The notes under the pieces: model-generated
Seen by the model: the letters and a program-made list of their open reading frames with translations, nothing else
Told to the model about the DNA's origin: nothing
The model's database searches: none
Origin: Candidatus Fermentibacteraceae bacterium
GTDB taxonomy: Bacteria; Fermentibacterota; Fermentibacteria; Fermentibacterales; JCC-6
Assembly (NCBI GenBank): GCA_041686025.1
Contig: JAWLEP010000028.1
Span: 17,499-38,495, forward strand
Reading direction: 5' to 3'
Length of the DNA stretch: 20,997 bases
Shown: one piece after another, positions 1 to 8,307 of the stretch
Numbering within the stretch: the first letter of the stretch is position 1
Layout: the number at the start of each line of letters is the position of its first letter
Made by a program: the position numbers and the translations under genes

Positions 1-1643
1 GCCCCCTGCCTAACCTGCTGAAGCAGCTCGTGGGCCTCCAGCAGCATCCGGTCGCAGTAGTCGTCGTCCTCCACCTGCTCGAGGTTGATGACTACGTTGT
101 AGTAGGCGCCCACTGCCGCCGCCTCCGCGGCGGAGGCCGCAACTCCGGCGTCCGAGACGGAGGCCTGAAGCCCCTTCTCCTCCAGCTCGAGGGCCATGTC
201 GACGATGGGGGGTATGGCGCGCAGAACGCTCATGGGCACCTCTGCGGCACCCTTGATCGCCTCCTGCTCGCCCTCGCCCGCCTTCATCGCCGCCACCATG
301 CGGTTGAAGGCCCGGGTGTCGTCATCGATGGCCTTTACCAGCTGCTTCTTGACCCTCTGTGCCGCCGGGGCGATCCGGCGCATGTCCTCCCAGTGCTCCC
401 GGTGACGGCGGTTCTTCACCGTGAGGTTGGCGACCATGGAGTCCAGGGCCGCCGCCAGGGACCCCATGAGGGCCGCCGCAGAGCCGCCGCCGGGGGCCGG
501 CGAGTCGGTGGAGAGCTCGTCGGCGAAGTCGCGGAGGGTCATTCCGGTAAGGTCCACCGACCGGTCGGCCACCATGTACTCTATGATCTTCTCCCCGGGC
601 CTGAAGGGGGCCACGTCGCTGAGGCCCATGGAGCGGACGGCGACCTCTATCAGCTCCCGCTCCGGAAGACCGGTGGTCTTGGCCTGCCGGCCCTTGCCCG
701 CAAGGCCCTCGTGCTGCTTCTCCAGGAAGTACCTGCCGGCGTCCAGCATGGCCTCCAGGGGGACCAGGCCCACTATCTCCGAGCCGGTGACCCTCGCCCC
801 CAGCTTCTCGGCCTCCTCCCGGGCCACCTCGTAGCCAACGTGCAGCGGGGTCACCGATATGTCCGTGAGGTTCATGGTGACCTGGGCGGTGTCGTACTCC
901 TCTATGTACCAGCCGGTGGCCTTGCACTCCTGCAGGCGGCCCGGCTGGCGCACCCGCTTGCCGCTTTCGTCCCGGATGAACTTCCAGCGGTCGTTGCGGG
1001 CGAACCTGCCCCGGTCGCGGATGGTCAGGCCGATGTCCCGGGCCACCCCCGCGTCCTTGGTGTTCAGGTTCACATTGTAGGCGATCAGGAAGTTCCGGGC
1101 ACCCGTGGTGGTCACCCCGGTCTTCGCCACGTAGTCGTTGTACTCGTTGGGCCCGTAGTCAGGCTTCCACTCCTCCTTGCCGAGCTTGTCGGGCAGGGCC
1201 TCGTACTCCCCCTCCCGGATGTCGGGGAGCTTGACCCGCTCCGGCCGGCTGGCCGACTTCTCGTAGAGGTAGGTGGGTATGCCCAGCTCCTCTCCCACCC
1301 TCTTGCCCAGACGCTTCGAGAGCTCCACGCAGTCGTCCATGGTGACGCCGGAGACCGGCACGAAGGGACAGACGTCGGTGGCCCCCTGCCGGGGGTGCGC
1401 TCCGGTCTGCTCCCGCATGTCGATGAGCTCGGCGGCCTTCTTTATGAGCCCGAAGGCGGACTCCAGCACCGCCTCCGGCTCGCCGGCGAAGGTGATCACG
1501 GTCCTGTTGGTGGCGGCTCCGGGGTCCACGTCCAGCATCGTGGTGCCGTCCACGTCGGCGGCCGCTTTCACCACCTGGTCGATCACGGCGCGGTCTCTGC
1601 CCTCGGAGATGTTGGGCACGCATTCCACTATCCTGGCGGACAT
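1..1643 (-). CDS. ftcD: Bifunctional glutamate formiminotransferase / formiminotetrahydrofolate cyclodeaminase (3' end runs off the window)
   Basis: Not in the ORF track because there is no stop in the window. Manual minus-strand translation from ATG 1643 (RBS AGGAGG upstream) gives MSARIVECVPNISEGRD...DVDPGAATNRTVITFAG...HPRQGATDVCPFVP...GARNFLIAYNVNL...GSEIVGLVP, then the cyclodeaminase motifs SPAPGGGSAAA...DDDTRAF...SDAGVAA...GAYYNVVINL. Confidence 0.95.
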   Translation of the reverse strand, partial: MSARIVECVPNISEGRDRAVIDQVVKAAADVDGTTMLDVDPGAATNRTVITFAGEPEAVLESAFGLIKKAAELIDMREQTGAHPRQGATDVCPFVPVSGVTMDDCVELSKRLGKRVGEELGIPTYLYEKSASRPERVKLPDIREGEYEALPDKLGKEEWKPDYGPNEYNDYVAKTGVTTTGARNFLIAYNVNLNTKDAGVARDIGLTIRDRGRFARNDRWKFIRDESGKRVRQPGRLQECKATGWYIEEYDTAQVTMNLTDISVTPLHVGYEVAREEAEKLGARVTGSEIVGLVPLEAMLDAGRYFLEKQHEGLAGKGRQAKTTGLPERELIEVAVRSMGLSDVAPFRPGEKIIEYMVADRSVDLTGMTLRDFADELSTDSPAPGGGSAAALMGSLAAALDSMVANLTVKNRRHREHWEDMRRIAPAAQRVKKQLVKAIDDDTRAFNRMVAAMKAGEGEQEAIKGAAEVPMSVLRAIPPIVDMALELEEKGLQASVSDAGVAASAAEAAAVGAYYNVVINLEQVEDDDYCDRMLLEAHELLQQVRQG

Positions 1644-1697
1644 GTTGATACCCTCCTATAGTTGAAGCCCGGCGGGGTTTGCTCGGATTCAGCCGGG

Positions 1698-1726
1698 AAG
1701 CTAGATAACCGCAGAAGCCAAGTCAA
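1698..1726 (-). promoter_or_regulatory. Putative sigma70-type promoter for ftcD
   Basis: Minus strand reads TTGACT-N17-TAGCTT, about 55 nt upstream of the ftcD start. Confidence 0.5.
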
Positions 1727-1752
1727 CAACCGACCGCGAAAGAGGGAATACC

Positions 1753-2919
1753 ATGGGGCATGTCAGGGGCTTGGTGGAAGGCTTCTACGGCCGTCCCTAC
1801 ACCCCCCGGCAGCGCAGGAGCCTGCTGGCCCAGCTGTCGCGGCTGGAGCGGCCCATGTACCTCTACGCTCCCAAGAACGACCCCTGGCACAGGTCCGGGT
1901 GGCGAAAGCCCTATCCGGGGGCCGCCTGGCGGGCGCTGGCCGACCTGATGGAGGCCGGACGCCGGACCGGCGTGGAGGTGGTCTTCGGAGTAAGCCCGCT
2001 GGGGGCAGAGCCCGATGATACAGAGTCCCTCGGGCGGAAGCTCTCCCGGGCCGTCGACGCCGGAGCGTCGGGGGTGGCCGTGCTCTTCGACGACCAGGTT
2101 GAGGCCGCCGACGCGGCTCTGGCTGATCTTCACCTGGAGGTGGCTGCCGAGGCGGCCGGCGGCCTGGACGTGCCGGTGACGGTCTGCCCGGCCGTGTACT
2201 GCACCGAGCTGGTCCGGACCATGGGCGGCGGGGACTACCTGCGCCGCATGGCCGAAGGGCTTCCCCGGGGATGGGAGATGCTCTGGACCGGCTCGGAGGT
2301 GGTCTCCCCCGGCCTGGGGGCCGCCGACCTGGCGGTGCCCGGCCTGGCAGGGAGCCCGCTGGTCTGGGACAACCTGCTGGCCGACGACTACTGCCTGCGG
2401 CGCATATACCTGGCTCCCCTCTCCGGCAGGGTCCCCCCCGGCTGCGGATACCTGCTGAACCCCTCCTCGGTCTTTCCCGTGGCCCTCCACGGCGCCCGGG
2501 AGCTGGCCCGGGCCTGCGGTGCGGACCCCGCCTGGCCTTCCGAGCTGGGTCGGGAGGAGGAGGGATGGAGGATCATGGCGCTGTTCCATCACACGCCCTG
2601 GGAGCTGCCGCCGCAGGGGCGGAGAATGGTGGAGGACCTGGAGCGGCGCCTGCGTGCGGGCGGCGGTGTGCCCGAGTGGCTCGAGCCCGCGCTGGAGGCG
2701 GTCCGGCGGCTGACGGAGGAGCTGCCCGAGCTCAGCGGGGGCTTCGACCTGCTGCCCCACGCGCTTGACCTGCGGAGGATGCTTTCCATAGCTTTGCGGT
2801 CGCTGTCGGAGGGAGACGCCGGCATGCTGCGATACCTGCTGGAGGAGAGGCTGCCGTACGAGCACCCGCTGGCCCGGGCACTGGCCCGGACCGCCGGCGC
2901 AGAGGGGAGAGGGGACTAG
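1753..2919 (+). CDS. GH84 family beta-N-acetylglucosaminidase (O-GlcNAcase-like), no signal peptide
   Basis: GH84 motifs GLVEGFYGRPY, YLYAPKNDPWHR..W, the catalytic pair in VLFDD, CPAVY, WTGSEV, WDNxxADDY and LLNP. Confidence 0.88.
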   Translation: MGHVRGLVEGFYGRPYTPRQRRSLLAQLSRLERPMYLYAPKNDPWHRSGWRKPYPGAAWRALADLMEAGRRTGVEVVFGVSPLGAEPDDTESLGRKLSRAVDAGASGVAVLFDDQVEAADAALADLHLEVAAEAAGGLDVPVTVCPAVYCTELVRTMGGGDYLRRMAEGLPRGWEMLWTGSEVVSPGLGAADLAVPGLAGSPLVWDNLLADDYCLRRIYLAPLSGRVPPGCGYLLNPSSVFPVALHGARELARACGADPAWPSELGREEEGWRIMALFHHTPWELPPQGRRMVEDLERRLRAGGGVPEWLEPALEAVRRLTEELPELSGGFDLLPHALDLRRMLSIALRSLSEGDAGMLRYLLEERLPYEHPLARALARTAGAEGRGD

Positions 2920-2920
2920 C

Positions 2921-4231
2921 TTGGAGGTAAGGCTGGCGGGGTTCAACACCGATGCGGAGAACCGCTCGTCCACCCCGGAGACCCTCTCCGCCGCCTACGC
3001 CAGGATCAGCCGGGACCCCAGGCCCATCGGCCTGCTCCGCAGAGAGGCCGCCGCGGAGGTGGAGAGGGCCAGGGAGTCCAACCGGCGAATAGTCTTCGGC
3101 TACGGCCACGGTTCGGTGGCCGAGCACGCCTTCTTCAACTTCGACCTCCTGGACCTCAGCAGGCTGGCCGCCGAGGCGGTGCAGTCTTTCCGACTGGCCA
3201 GCTTTACCGAGAAGTCCCAGCGCTACATCAGGCTTGACAGGGACTGGGTGGTGCCCGAAGAGGTTCCCTCTGGCCTGGGGGACGAATGGGCCGCATCCCT
3301 GGAGGACCTGTTCGGCCTCTACGGCAGGGCCTGCCGGGCCCTGGAGGAGGCCGGCCTTCCCGACGGCCGGGCCCGGGAGGACGCCCGCTACCTGCTGCCC
3401 CTGGCCACATCGTGCCAGATGGGCATGTCGCTGAACGCCAGGGAGCTGGAACACATGATCCGCAGGCTCTCCGCCCATCCCCTGGCGGAGGTCCGCCGGC
3501 TGTCCACCCTTCTGCTGGATGCAGCCGAGGGGGTGGCTCCCTCCCTGCTGCGGCATCTGGAACCGGCGGAGATGGACCGGCTGGCCTGGGAGCACCCCGA
3601 GCCGGGGGACCTGGAGCTGTCCGGTGACGTGGCCCTGGTCCGGGGGGATGACGACGGCGTGGTGGGAGCCAGGCTCCTGCAGAGGGAGGAGGGTGGAGGC
3701 CTGGCGGCTGCCCGGCGCGGCTGGTCCGGCCTGGAAAGCGCCGGCAGGCGGCGGCTGTTCGACGGCGTTCTGGGTTCGCTGGGGTCCTACGACGCCCTTC
3801 CCAGGGAATGGGAGCTGGCCTGCTTCACCTTCGAGGCGGTGGTCTCGGCCAGCGCCTACGCCCAGCTGAAGAGGCACAGGATGAGCACCCAGCTGGTCTC
3901 GTCCTATTCGCCTGCGCTGGGGCTGCGGGTGCCCCCCAGCTTCGCAGAGAACGGTCTGGAGGGGCTCCTGGAGGAAGCCGAAGCCGTTGGCAGGTCCTGG
4001 AGGGAGCGACTGGAGGGCCGGGCTGCGGAGTACATGCTGACCAACGCCCACCGGAGGACCGTGGTCGTGCGGATGAACGCCAGGGAGATGTACCACTTCG
4101 CCAGGCTCAGGCTGGACAGCCACGCCCAGTGGGACATACGGAAGCTGGCCGGGACGATGGTGGACCTGGCCTCCGCAGCCGCGCCCCTCACCATGGCCGC
4201 AGCCGGCGCCAGGGGGCCGGTAGAGGCCTAG
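2921..4231 (+). CDS. thyX: FAD-dependent thymidylate synthase, tandem two-domain form
   Basis: TTG start 1 nt after the GH84 stop. Domain 1 has GYGHGSVAEHA, SFTEKSQRY, AREDARYLLP and NARELEHMI. Domain 2 has QLKRHRMST and MNAREMYHFARLRLDSHAQWDIR. Confidence 0.92.
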   Translation: MEVRLAGFNTDAENRSSTPETLSAAYARISRDPRPIGLLRREAAAEVERARESNRRIVFGYGHGSVAEHAFFNFDLLDLSRLAAEAVQSFRLASFTEKSQRYIRLDRDWVVPEEVPSGLGDEWAASLEDLFGLYGRACRALEEAGLPDGRAREDARYLLPLATSCQMGMSLNARELEHMIRRLSAHPLAEVRRLSTLLLDAAEGVAPSLLRHLEPAEMDRLAWEHPEPGDLELSGDVALVRGDDDGVVGARLLQREEGGGLAAARRGWSGLESAGRRRLFDGVLGSLGSYDALPREWELACFTFEAVVSASAYAQLKRHRMSTQLVSSYSPALGLRVPPSFAENGLEGLLEEAEAVGRSWRERLEGRAAEYMLTNAHRRTVVVRMNAREMYHFARLRLDSHAQWDIRKLAGTMVDLASAAAPLTMAAAGARGPVEA

Positions 4232-7059
4232 CCCCCGGTGATCACCTCCAGGACCCTGGGCTCCCCGGCGTTGTCGCCGAAGGTGGGGGTAAGCCGGAGA
4301 AGGGTCCGGCCGGGGCTGGCTTCCACATCCGAGCCGTAGCGCCACGTGATCCTGCCGCCGTAATCGCCCTCCACCAGCCCGTGAAGGTCCCCGGACACGC
4401 TGGCATCCCTCCAGGTTGCTCCGCCGTCGAGGCTGAAATGGGCGTCCAGGCTCAACGGCCTGCCCTCCGGGTCGGCGAGCTCGAAGGTGACCTCCAGCAC
4501 CCGGGCGTCCCTGTCCTGGGAGACCACGGAGGCCTGCATGAAGGATGGAAGGCTCCGGTTCTCCACGATGATGGGACCCCGAACGTCGGACCGGACGGTG
4601 TCGCGGTCCGCAACCAGGAGCCTGAGCTCCAGCTCGCGGGACTCCACGCCGGGGAAGTCGGCTGAGCTGTTCCACCGGAGGACCGACGAGTAGGACCGGG
4701 GTGTGAAGGGGCCGCTTCTCACAACTCCCTCCGCCCGCACCCAGCCGCCGCCGGCGGTGGTCCTGTGCTCCAGGCCCACCCACAGGCTGTCGCCCTCCAT
4801 GTCATCCAGCACAAACCTGATGGGAACCACTCCCTGAAAGACCTTCCAGGAACCGGGAGAGCGCACCTCCACGGAGGGCAGATGGTTGTTGTCGACATGG
4901 AAAGGCGGGGAGGGAACGGCAACCTCCCTCTCCGACGCTTCCGGGACCACGCGGAACCGGACCTGGGGGTGATCGGCGGCGGGTATGTCCACGTCGGAGT
5001 GCCAGACGATCTCGTACTCGTAGGTGGAGGGCGAGCCCTCCTCGGGCTCGGTTACCGTGGCCGGCCTCCAGGTCTCGCCGCCGTCCAGGGAGTACTCGTA
5101 GCTCATCTCCAGGGGGTCCCCCTCCGAATTGGTGAGCCTGACCCCCAGTGAGACGCCCTCGCGGACCTCCGTCTCCGGGGCCAGTATCTGGCCCGAGGGG
5201 GGCCTGCCAACCGAGTCGGAAAGGCCGGCGATGGTCTGCCAGGGGCCAGGGTCGAGGTCGGCGGCCCGCATCCTCAGGTGCACCCTCTCCGGATCGACAT
5301 CCTCCACATCCGCCGGAATGGGCCAGAAGACCGGTTCTCCGTACATCCAGGGCTCGATCTCCACGGTGGGGCCGGTGAGGCCGGCGCTGCGCCAGGTGCG
5401 GCCGCCGTCTGTGGAGTACTGAGCCTGCAGCTGTATGGTGTCGCCCTCCGGGTCCTCCACGGCGTAGCTGATCCGGAAGCGGTCTCCCTCCAGCCTCGGC
5501 GTGTTGAGGTAGATGGTGGGAGGGCTGTTGTTGTCCAGGTGGAAGACGGGCGTGGTACCGGCTACCCCGGGCCCCCGGGGCGAGAAGGGCGTTATCCTGA
5601 TCATGCATTCGGGAAAGTCGCCGTCGGGAAGGTCCTCCTCCGACCTCCACCGGATTCCCGAGGGACCGGTGCTGTAGCTGGAGGTGGGGTTCCACCTGTA
5701 TCCTGCGTCCGTGGAGTAGGCCACTGCCATGCCCGTGCCTTCCCCCCGCTCTGTCCGATAGGGGACCTCTACCATTCCCGACTGCTCACCGGTAACCTCG
5801 CCCACCTCGGCCACGGGGAGAAATGACATGCCGTAGCTCCCGGTGTTGTATGGGTCGGAGAGGGTCTGCGGCCAGGGACCCAGCGACCCCGACGAAGAGG
5901 ACAAGGAGTAGAGGGCCAGCCTGCCGCCAATCCCGATGGCCGCCAGCTCGTGGCCGCCGTCGCCGGTGACGTCTCCCGCGGCGGGGGTATGCACGATCCG
6001 CTGGCCGTGCTGCAGCGGGAACCCGTCGATTCCGGCACCTTGGGCGTCCCAGGCGTGGATGGTCCCGTCGTCGCATCCCACTATGACGCCCATGCAGCTT
6101 CCGGTGCGGGAGATGATGGGCTGCGTGGGCGCAGCCCCCGGCCTGTTGGGCCATCGCCACGTGCCGGCCAGACTCCCGTCGCCGTCTACCAGATAGACCA
6201 CGCTGTCGCCGGTGCTGACCGCCACCTGGGGACGTGCTATCTCCGGGTCCACAACCCCCAGGGCCGCCGCACCCCTGACCGGCCTGTCATCCAGCATGAA
6301 GGGCCAGTCCTCCAGGGGACCGCCCCGCGAGTCGACTGCGTATAGTTTCCTGTTCTGGGTTGCGAACACGACATCCGTGAGACCGTCGGAGTCGATGTCC
6401 GCGGTAACCGGCATCGTGCCGGCGGGGTATCCCACCTGAATGGGCCAACCCGGCAGAGTGTGTCCCTCCGGGCTTACGGCCGTTACCCTGGTATTGGCCA
6501 GCGCCAGCACCAGGGCCCGTCCCCGCTCCCCGGAGAGCGTCATCTGAACCGGCTGCCAGAGAAGCTCCTCGGGAAGCTCCAGCGGCCACCCCGGCAGGCA
6601 GCGGCCGCTGCGGTCGAGGAGATGTGCCCTGGCGTCGCTGGTGCCCACCGCCAGCTCCCTCTCCCCGTCGGCGTCCAGGTCGCAGGCCGTTACGCCTGTA
6701 ACCGGACGGGCCCCCAGGTCCACGGGCCACCCGGGCTGCTCGACTCCACGGAGGTCCACCAGGTGCAGCAGTCCCCCGTCATCGGCCCAGGCCACCAGCG
6801 GTCCGTCCACGCTCTCCCCGGCCAGGGCAGGCCTCTGGACCACTCCACTTCCGTCGCCCAGGGGAAAGCCGGGCAGGGCTTCGCCTGCGGGACCCCACCC
6901 CCCCAGCCCCCGGTCACCCAGAGGGACGAGGATAGCCATTCCTCCGTGGGAGAGGGGCACCAGCAGGGGACCGCACCGGGGCGTGGCTCCGGTCTCGATC
7001 TCCCAGACAGGCGTCGACGCCGTGATGGCCAGGCAGGCAAGCGCAACCGTTGCCGTCAT
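4228..7059 (-). CDS. Secreted FG-GAP/VCBS-type beta-propeller protein with five C-terminal Asp-box-containing repeat domains
   Basis: Short hydrophobic N-terminus. Seven (P/D)G(W/F)P-like blade motifs. DxDxDG-type loops DLDADGERE, DIDSDGLTD and DVTGDGGHE. WPQ...NTG closing motif. Then repeats of about 100-110 aa with YS(T/L)DGGxTW. The stop overlaps the thyX stop (CTAG). Confidence 0.8.
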   Translation of the reverse strand: MTATVALACLAITASTPVWEIETGATPRCGPLLVPLSHGGMAILVPLGDRGLGGWGPAGEALPGFPLGDGSGVVQRPALAGESVDGPLVAWADDGGLLHLVDLRGVEQPGWPVDLGARPVTGVTACDLDADGERELAVGTSDARAHLLDRSGRCLPGWPLELPEELLWQPVQMTLSGERGRALVLALANTRVTAVSPEGHTLPGWPIQVGYPAGTMPVTADIDSDGLTDVVFATQNRKLYAVDSRGGPLEDWPFMLDDRPVRGAAALGVVDPEIARPQVAVSTGDSVVYLVDGDGSLAGTWRWPNRPGAAPTQPIISRTGSCMGVIVGCDDGTIHAWDAQGAGIDGFPLQHGQRIVHTPAAGDVTGDGGHELAAIGIGGRLALYSLSSSSGSLGPWPQTLSDPYNTGSYGMSFLPVAEVGEVTGEQSGMVEVPYRTERGEGTGMAVAYSTDAGYRWNPTSSYSTGPSGIRWRSEEDLPDGDFPECMIRITPFSPRGPGVAGTTPVFHLDNNSPPTIYLNTPRLEGDRFRISYAVEDPEGDTIQLQAQYSTDGGRTWRSAGLTGPTVEIEPWMYGEPVFWPIPADVEDVDPERVHLRMRAADLDPGPWQTIAGLSDSVGRPPSGQILAPETEVREGVSLGVRLTNSEGDPLEMSYEYSLDGGETWRPATVTEPEEGSPSTYEYEIVWHSDVDIPAADHPQVRFRVVPEASEREVAVPSPPFHVDNNHLPSVEVRSPGSWKVFQGVVPIRFVLDDMEGDSLWVGLEHRTTAGGGWVRAEGVVRSGPFTPRSYSSVLRWNSSADFPGVESRELELRLLVADRDTVRSDVRGPIIVENRSLPSFMQASVVSQDRDARVLEVTFELADPEGRPLSLDAHFSLDGGATWRDASVSGDLHGLVEGDYGGRITWRYGSDVEASPGRTLLRLTPTFGDNAGEPRVLEVITGG
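4240..5815 (-). repeat. Five tandem protein-level repeats of about 100-110 aa (Ig/Fn3-like fold inferred)
   Basis: YSTDAGYRW, YSTDGGRTW, YSLDGGETW, HRTTAGGGW and FSLDGGATW are spaced about 300-330 nt apart. Repeats 2-5 are preceded by DPEGD/NSEGD/DMEGD/DPEGR. Linkers include FHLDNN.P, FHVDNN.P and IVENR..P. Boundaries are approximate. Confidence 0.75.
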
Positions 7060-7113
7060 TCCACGATCCCCCGGGAACCTGGTTGGAATGGGAACCTTTA
7101 TGATAACTGAGGC

Positions 7114-7143
7114 ATACTATGGAGAGAGTAATTGGCAAGTCAA
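7114..7143 (-). promoter_or_regulatory. Putative sigma70-type promoter for the FG-GAP gene
   Basis: Minus strand reads TTGACT-N18-TAGTAT, about 55 nt upstream of ATG 7059. It has the same TTGACTTG -35 context as the ftcD candidate. Confidence 0.4.
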
Positions 7144-7277
7144 CTGCGGACAAAACGGTCCGAAGTGGTTTGTGTCACTTGGCAGCGGGTTCGAATGGGG
7201 TTATAGAAATCGTCTGAGACGATGCCTCTAGCTGCCGGTCCGTCAGCTCCACGAGAGTGCGCGAGCGGCTTGCACGG

Positions 7278-7306
7278 TTGACCATATGGATACGGCAGAG
7301 AATATT
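7278..7306 (+). promoter_or_regulatory. Possible sigma70-type promoter for the Agl-Glt-like operon
   Basis: TTGACC-N17-AATATT, about 60 nt upstream of ATG 7366, in a relatively AT-rich intergenic region. Confidence 0.35.
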
Positions 7307-7365
7307 TCAACTGACGCAAGACGCACATGAGATGGGTTTTCTCACTTAGGTCTCGGAGGACGACT

Positions 7366-8295
7366 ATGCGGCACTGCTCGTTGTTGGTCTTGGCGGCCGT
7401 GGGAGCCGCATACGCCGGTTCGCTGCCCTTCACCAGAAGCGGCGTCTTCGACTCCCCGGATGCGTACATCCTGGGTCATACCGAGGTGGAGGTGGAGCTG
7501 GGTGCTTCCGCCTACACCGTCGAGGACTCCACCGGCAGCACCGACAGCGAGTTCATGCTCACCGGCCACCTGGACATCGGCGCCTTCGACTACGGACAGG
7601 TGGGAATCAGCTACCTGGGCGAGGGAGGTATTGCGGGCAACGTAAAGGTCCGGATCCTGCAGGAGGGGATAGACGTCCCCGCCTTCGCCATAGGAGTGGA
7701 CAACATCTCCACCGAGGAGTACATAGAGTGCTTCAAGGTGGACGGGGAGTACTACGGCTACGACCATGCCCAGAACTGGTCCGCCTACGGCGTGGCCTCG
7801 AAGGACCTCCGGTACCTCCTGGGGCTGGAGGCCACCGTGAGCCTGGGCATAGGAATAGGCCGGTTCGTGGGCGTAATTGAGAACGGGGCCCTGGGGGTGG
7901 GAAGCCAGGTGGCCCACGGCCTCTTCGGCTCTGTGGTGTACAGGCCCAGCGACGTCATTGCGGTGGGCATGGAGCAGGACGGCCGGGACCTGAACCTCGG
8001 GTTCAGCTACGACATCAGCAGGTACTTCACGCTCCAGTTCGCCTGGGCGGAGTTCGAGCAGGTCGTCTTCCCGCCTGAGAACCAGAATCAGCAGGACATC
8101 ATGCAGAACGCCAAGTACTCCTTCGGCATCAGATCCCAGTTCGGGCCCCTCCTGGGTGCGCGGAGGATGGAGCTGGAGCGGGAGCGCCAGAGGATCGAGC
8201 GAGCCCGGGACAGGCTCGAGGAGCTGGAGGCGCGCAGGCGGTCCGCAGAGGCCGAGCTGCAGAGGCTCCGCGATCTTCTCGAGGAACGCAACTAG
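7366..8295 (+). CDS. Putative outer-membrane beta-barrel protein (YjbH-like) with C-terminal coiled coil
   Basis: GGAGGA RBS at 7355-7360 favours ATG 7366 over 7327. Signal peptide ends AAYA. Motifs GVFDSPDAYIL, NVKVRILQE...PAFAIGVDNI, SAYGVASK, GLFGSV.Y and EQDGRDLNLGFSY with alternating beta-strand patterns. The last ~45 aa are a highly charged heptad coiled coil. Confidence 0.65.
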   Translation: MRHCSLLVLAAVGAAYAGSLPFTRSGVFDSPDAYILGHTEVEVELGASAYTVEDSTGSTDSEFMLTGHLDIGAFDYGQVGISYLGEGGIAGNVKVRILQEGIDVPAFAIGVDNISTEEYIECFKVDGEYYGYDHAQNWSAYGVASKDLRYLLGLEATVSLGIGIGRFVGVIENGALGVGSQVAHGLFGSVVYRPSDVIAVGMEQDGRDLNLGFSYDISRYFTLQFAWAEFEQVVFPPENQNQQDIMQNAKYSFGIRSQFGPLLGARRMELERERQRIERARDRLEELEARRRSAEAELQRLRDLLEERN

Positions 8296-8307
8296 CCGGA
8301 AGGCCGC

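Noticed and set aside
30..1661. 543-aa plus-strand ORF
   Set aside because: Antisense shadow of ftcD, which has clear family motifs on the minus strand.
2732..4783. 683-aa minus-strand ORF, plus the shadow ORFs at 1723-2973, 15134-16924, 17744-19030 and 19946-20920
   Set aside because: All overlap well-supported genes on the opposite strand and carry no recognisable domains.
4240..5815. Sialidase call based on Asp-box motifs
   Set aside because: The Asp-boxes occur once per ~105-aa repeat rather than within a propeller, and I saw no RIP motif.
7145..7360. Riboswitch (e.g. c-di-GMP-I) upstream of the operon
   Set aside because: Only a GACGCAA fragment and short hairpins are present, without the full consensus. 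An Rfam scan would be needed.
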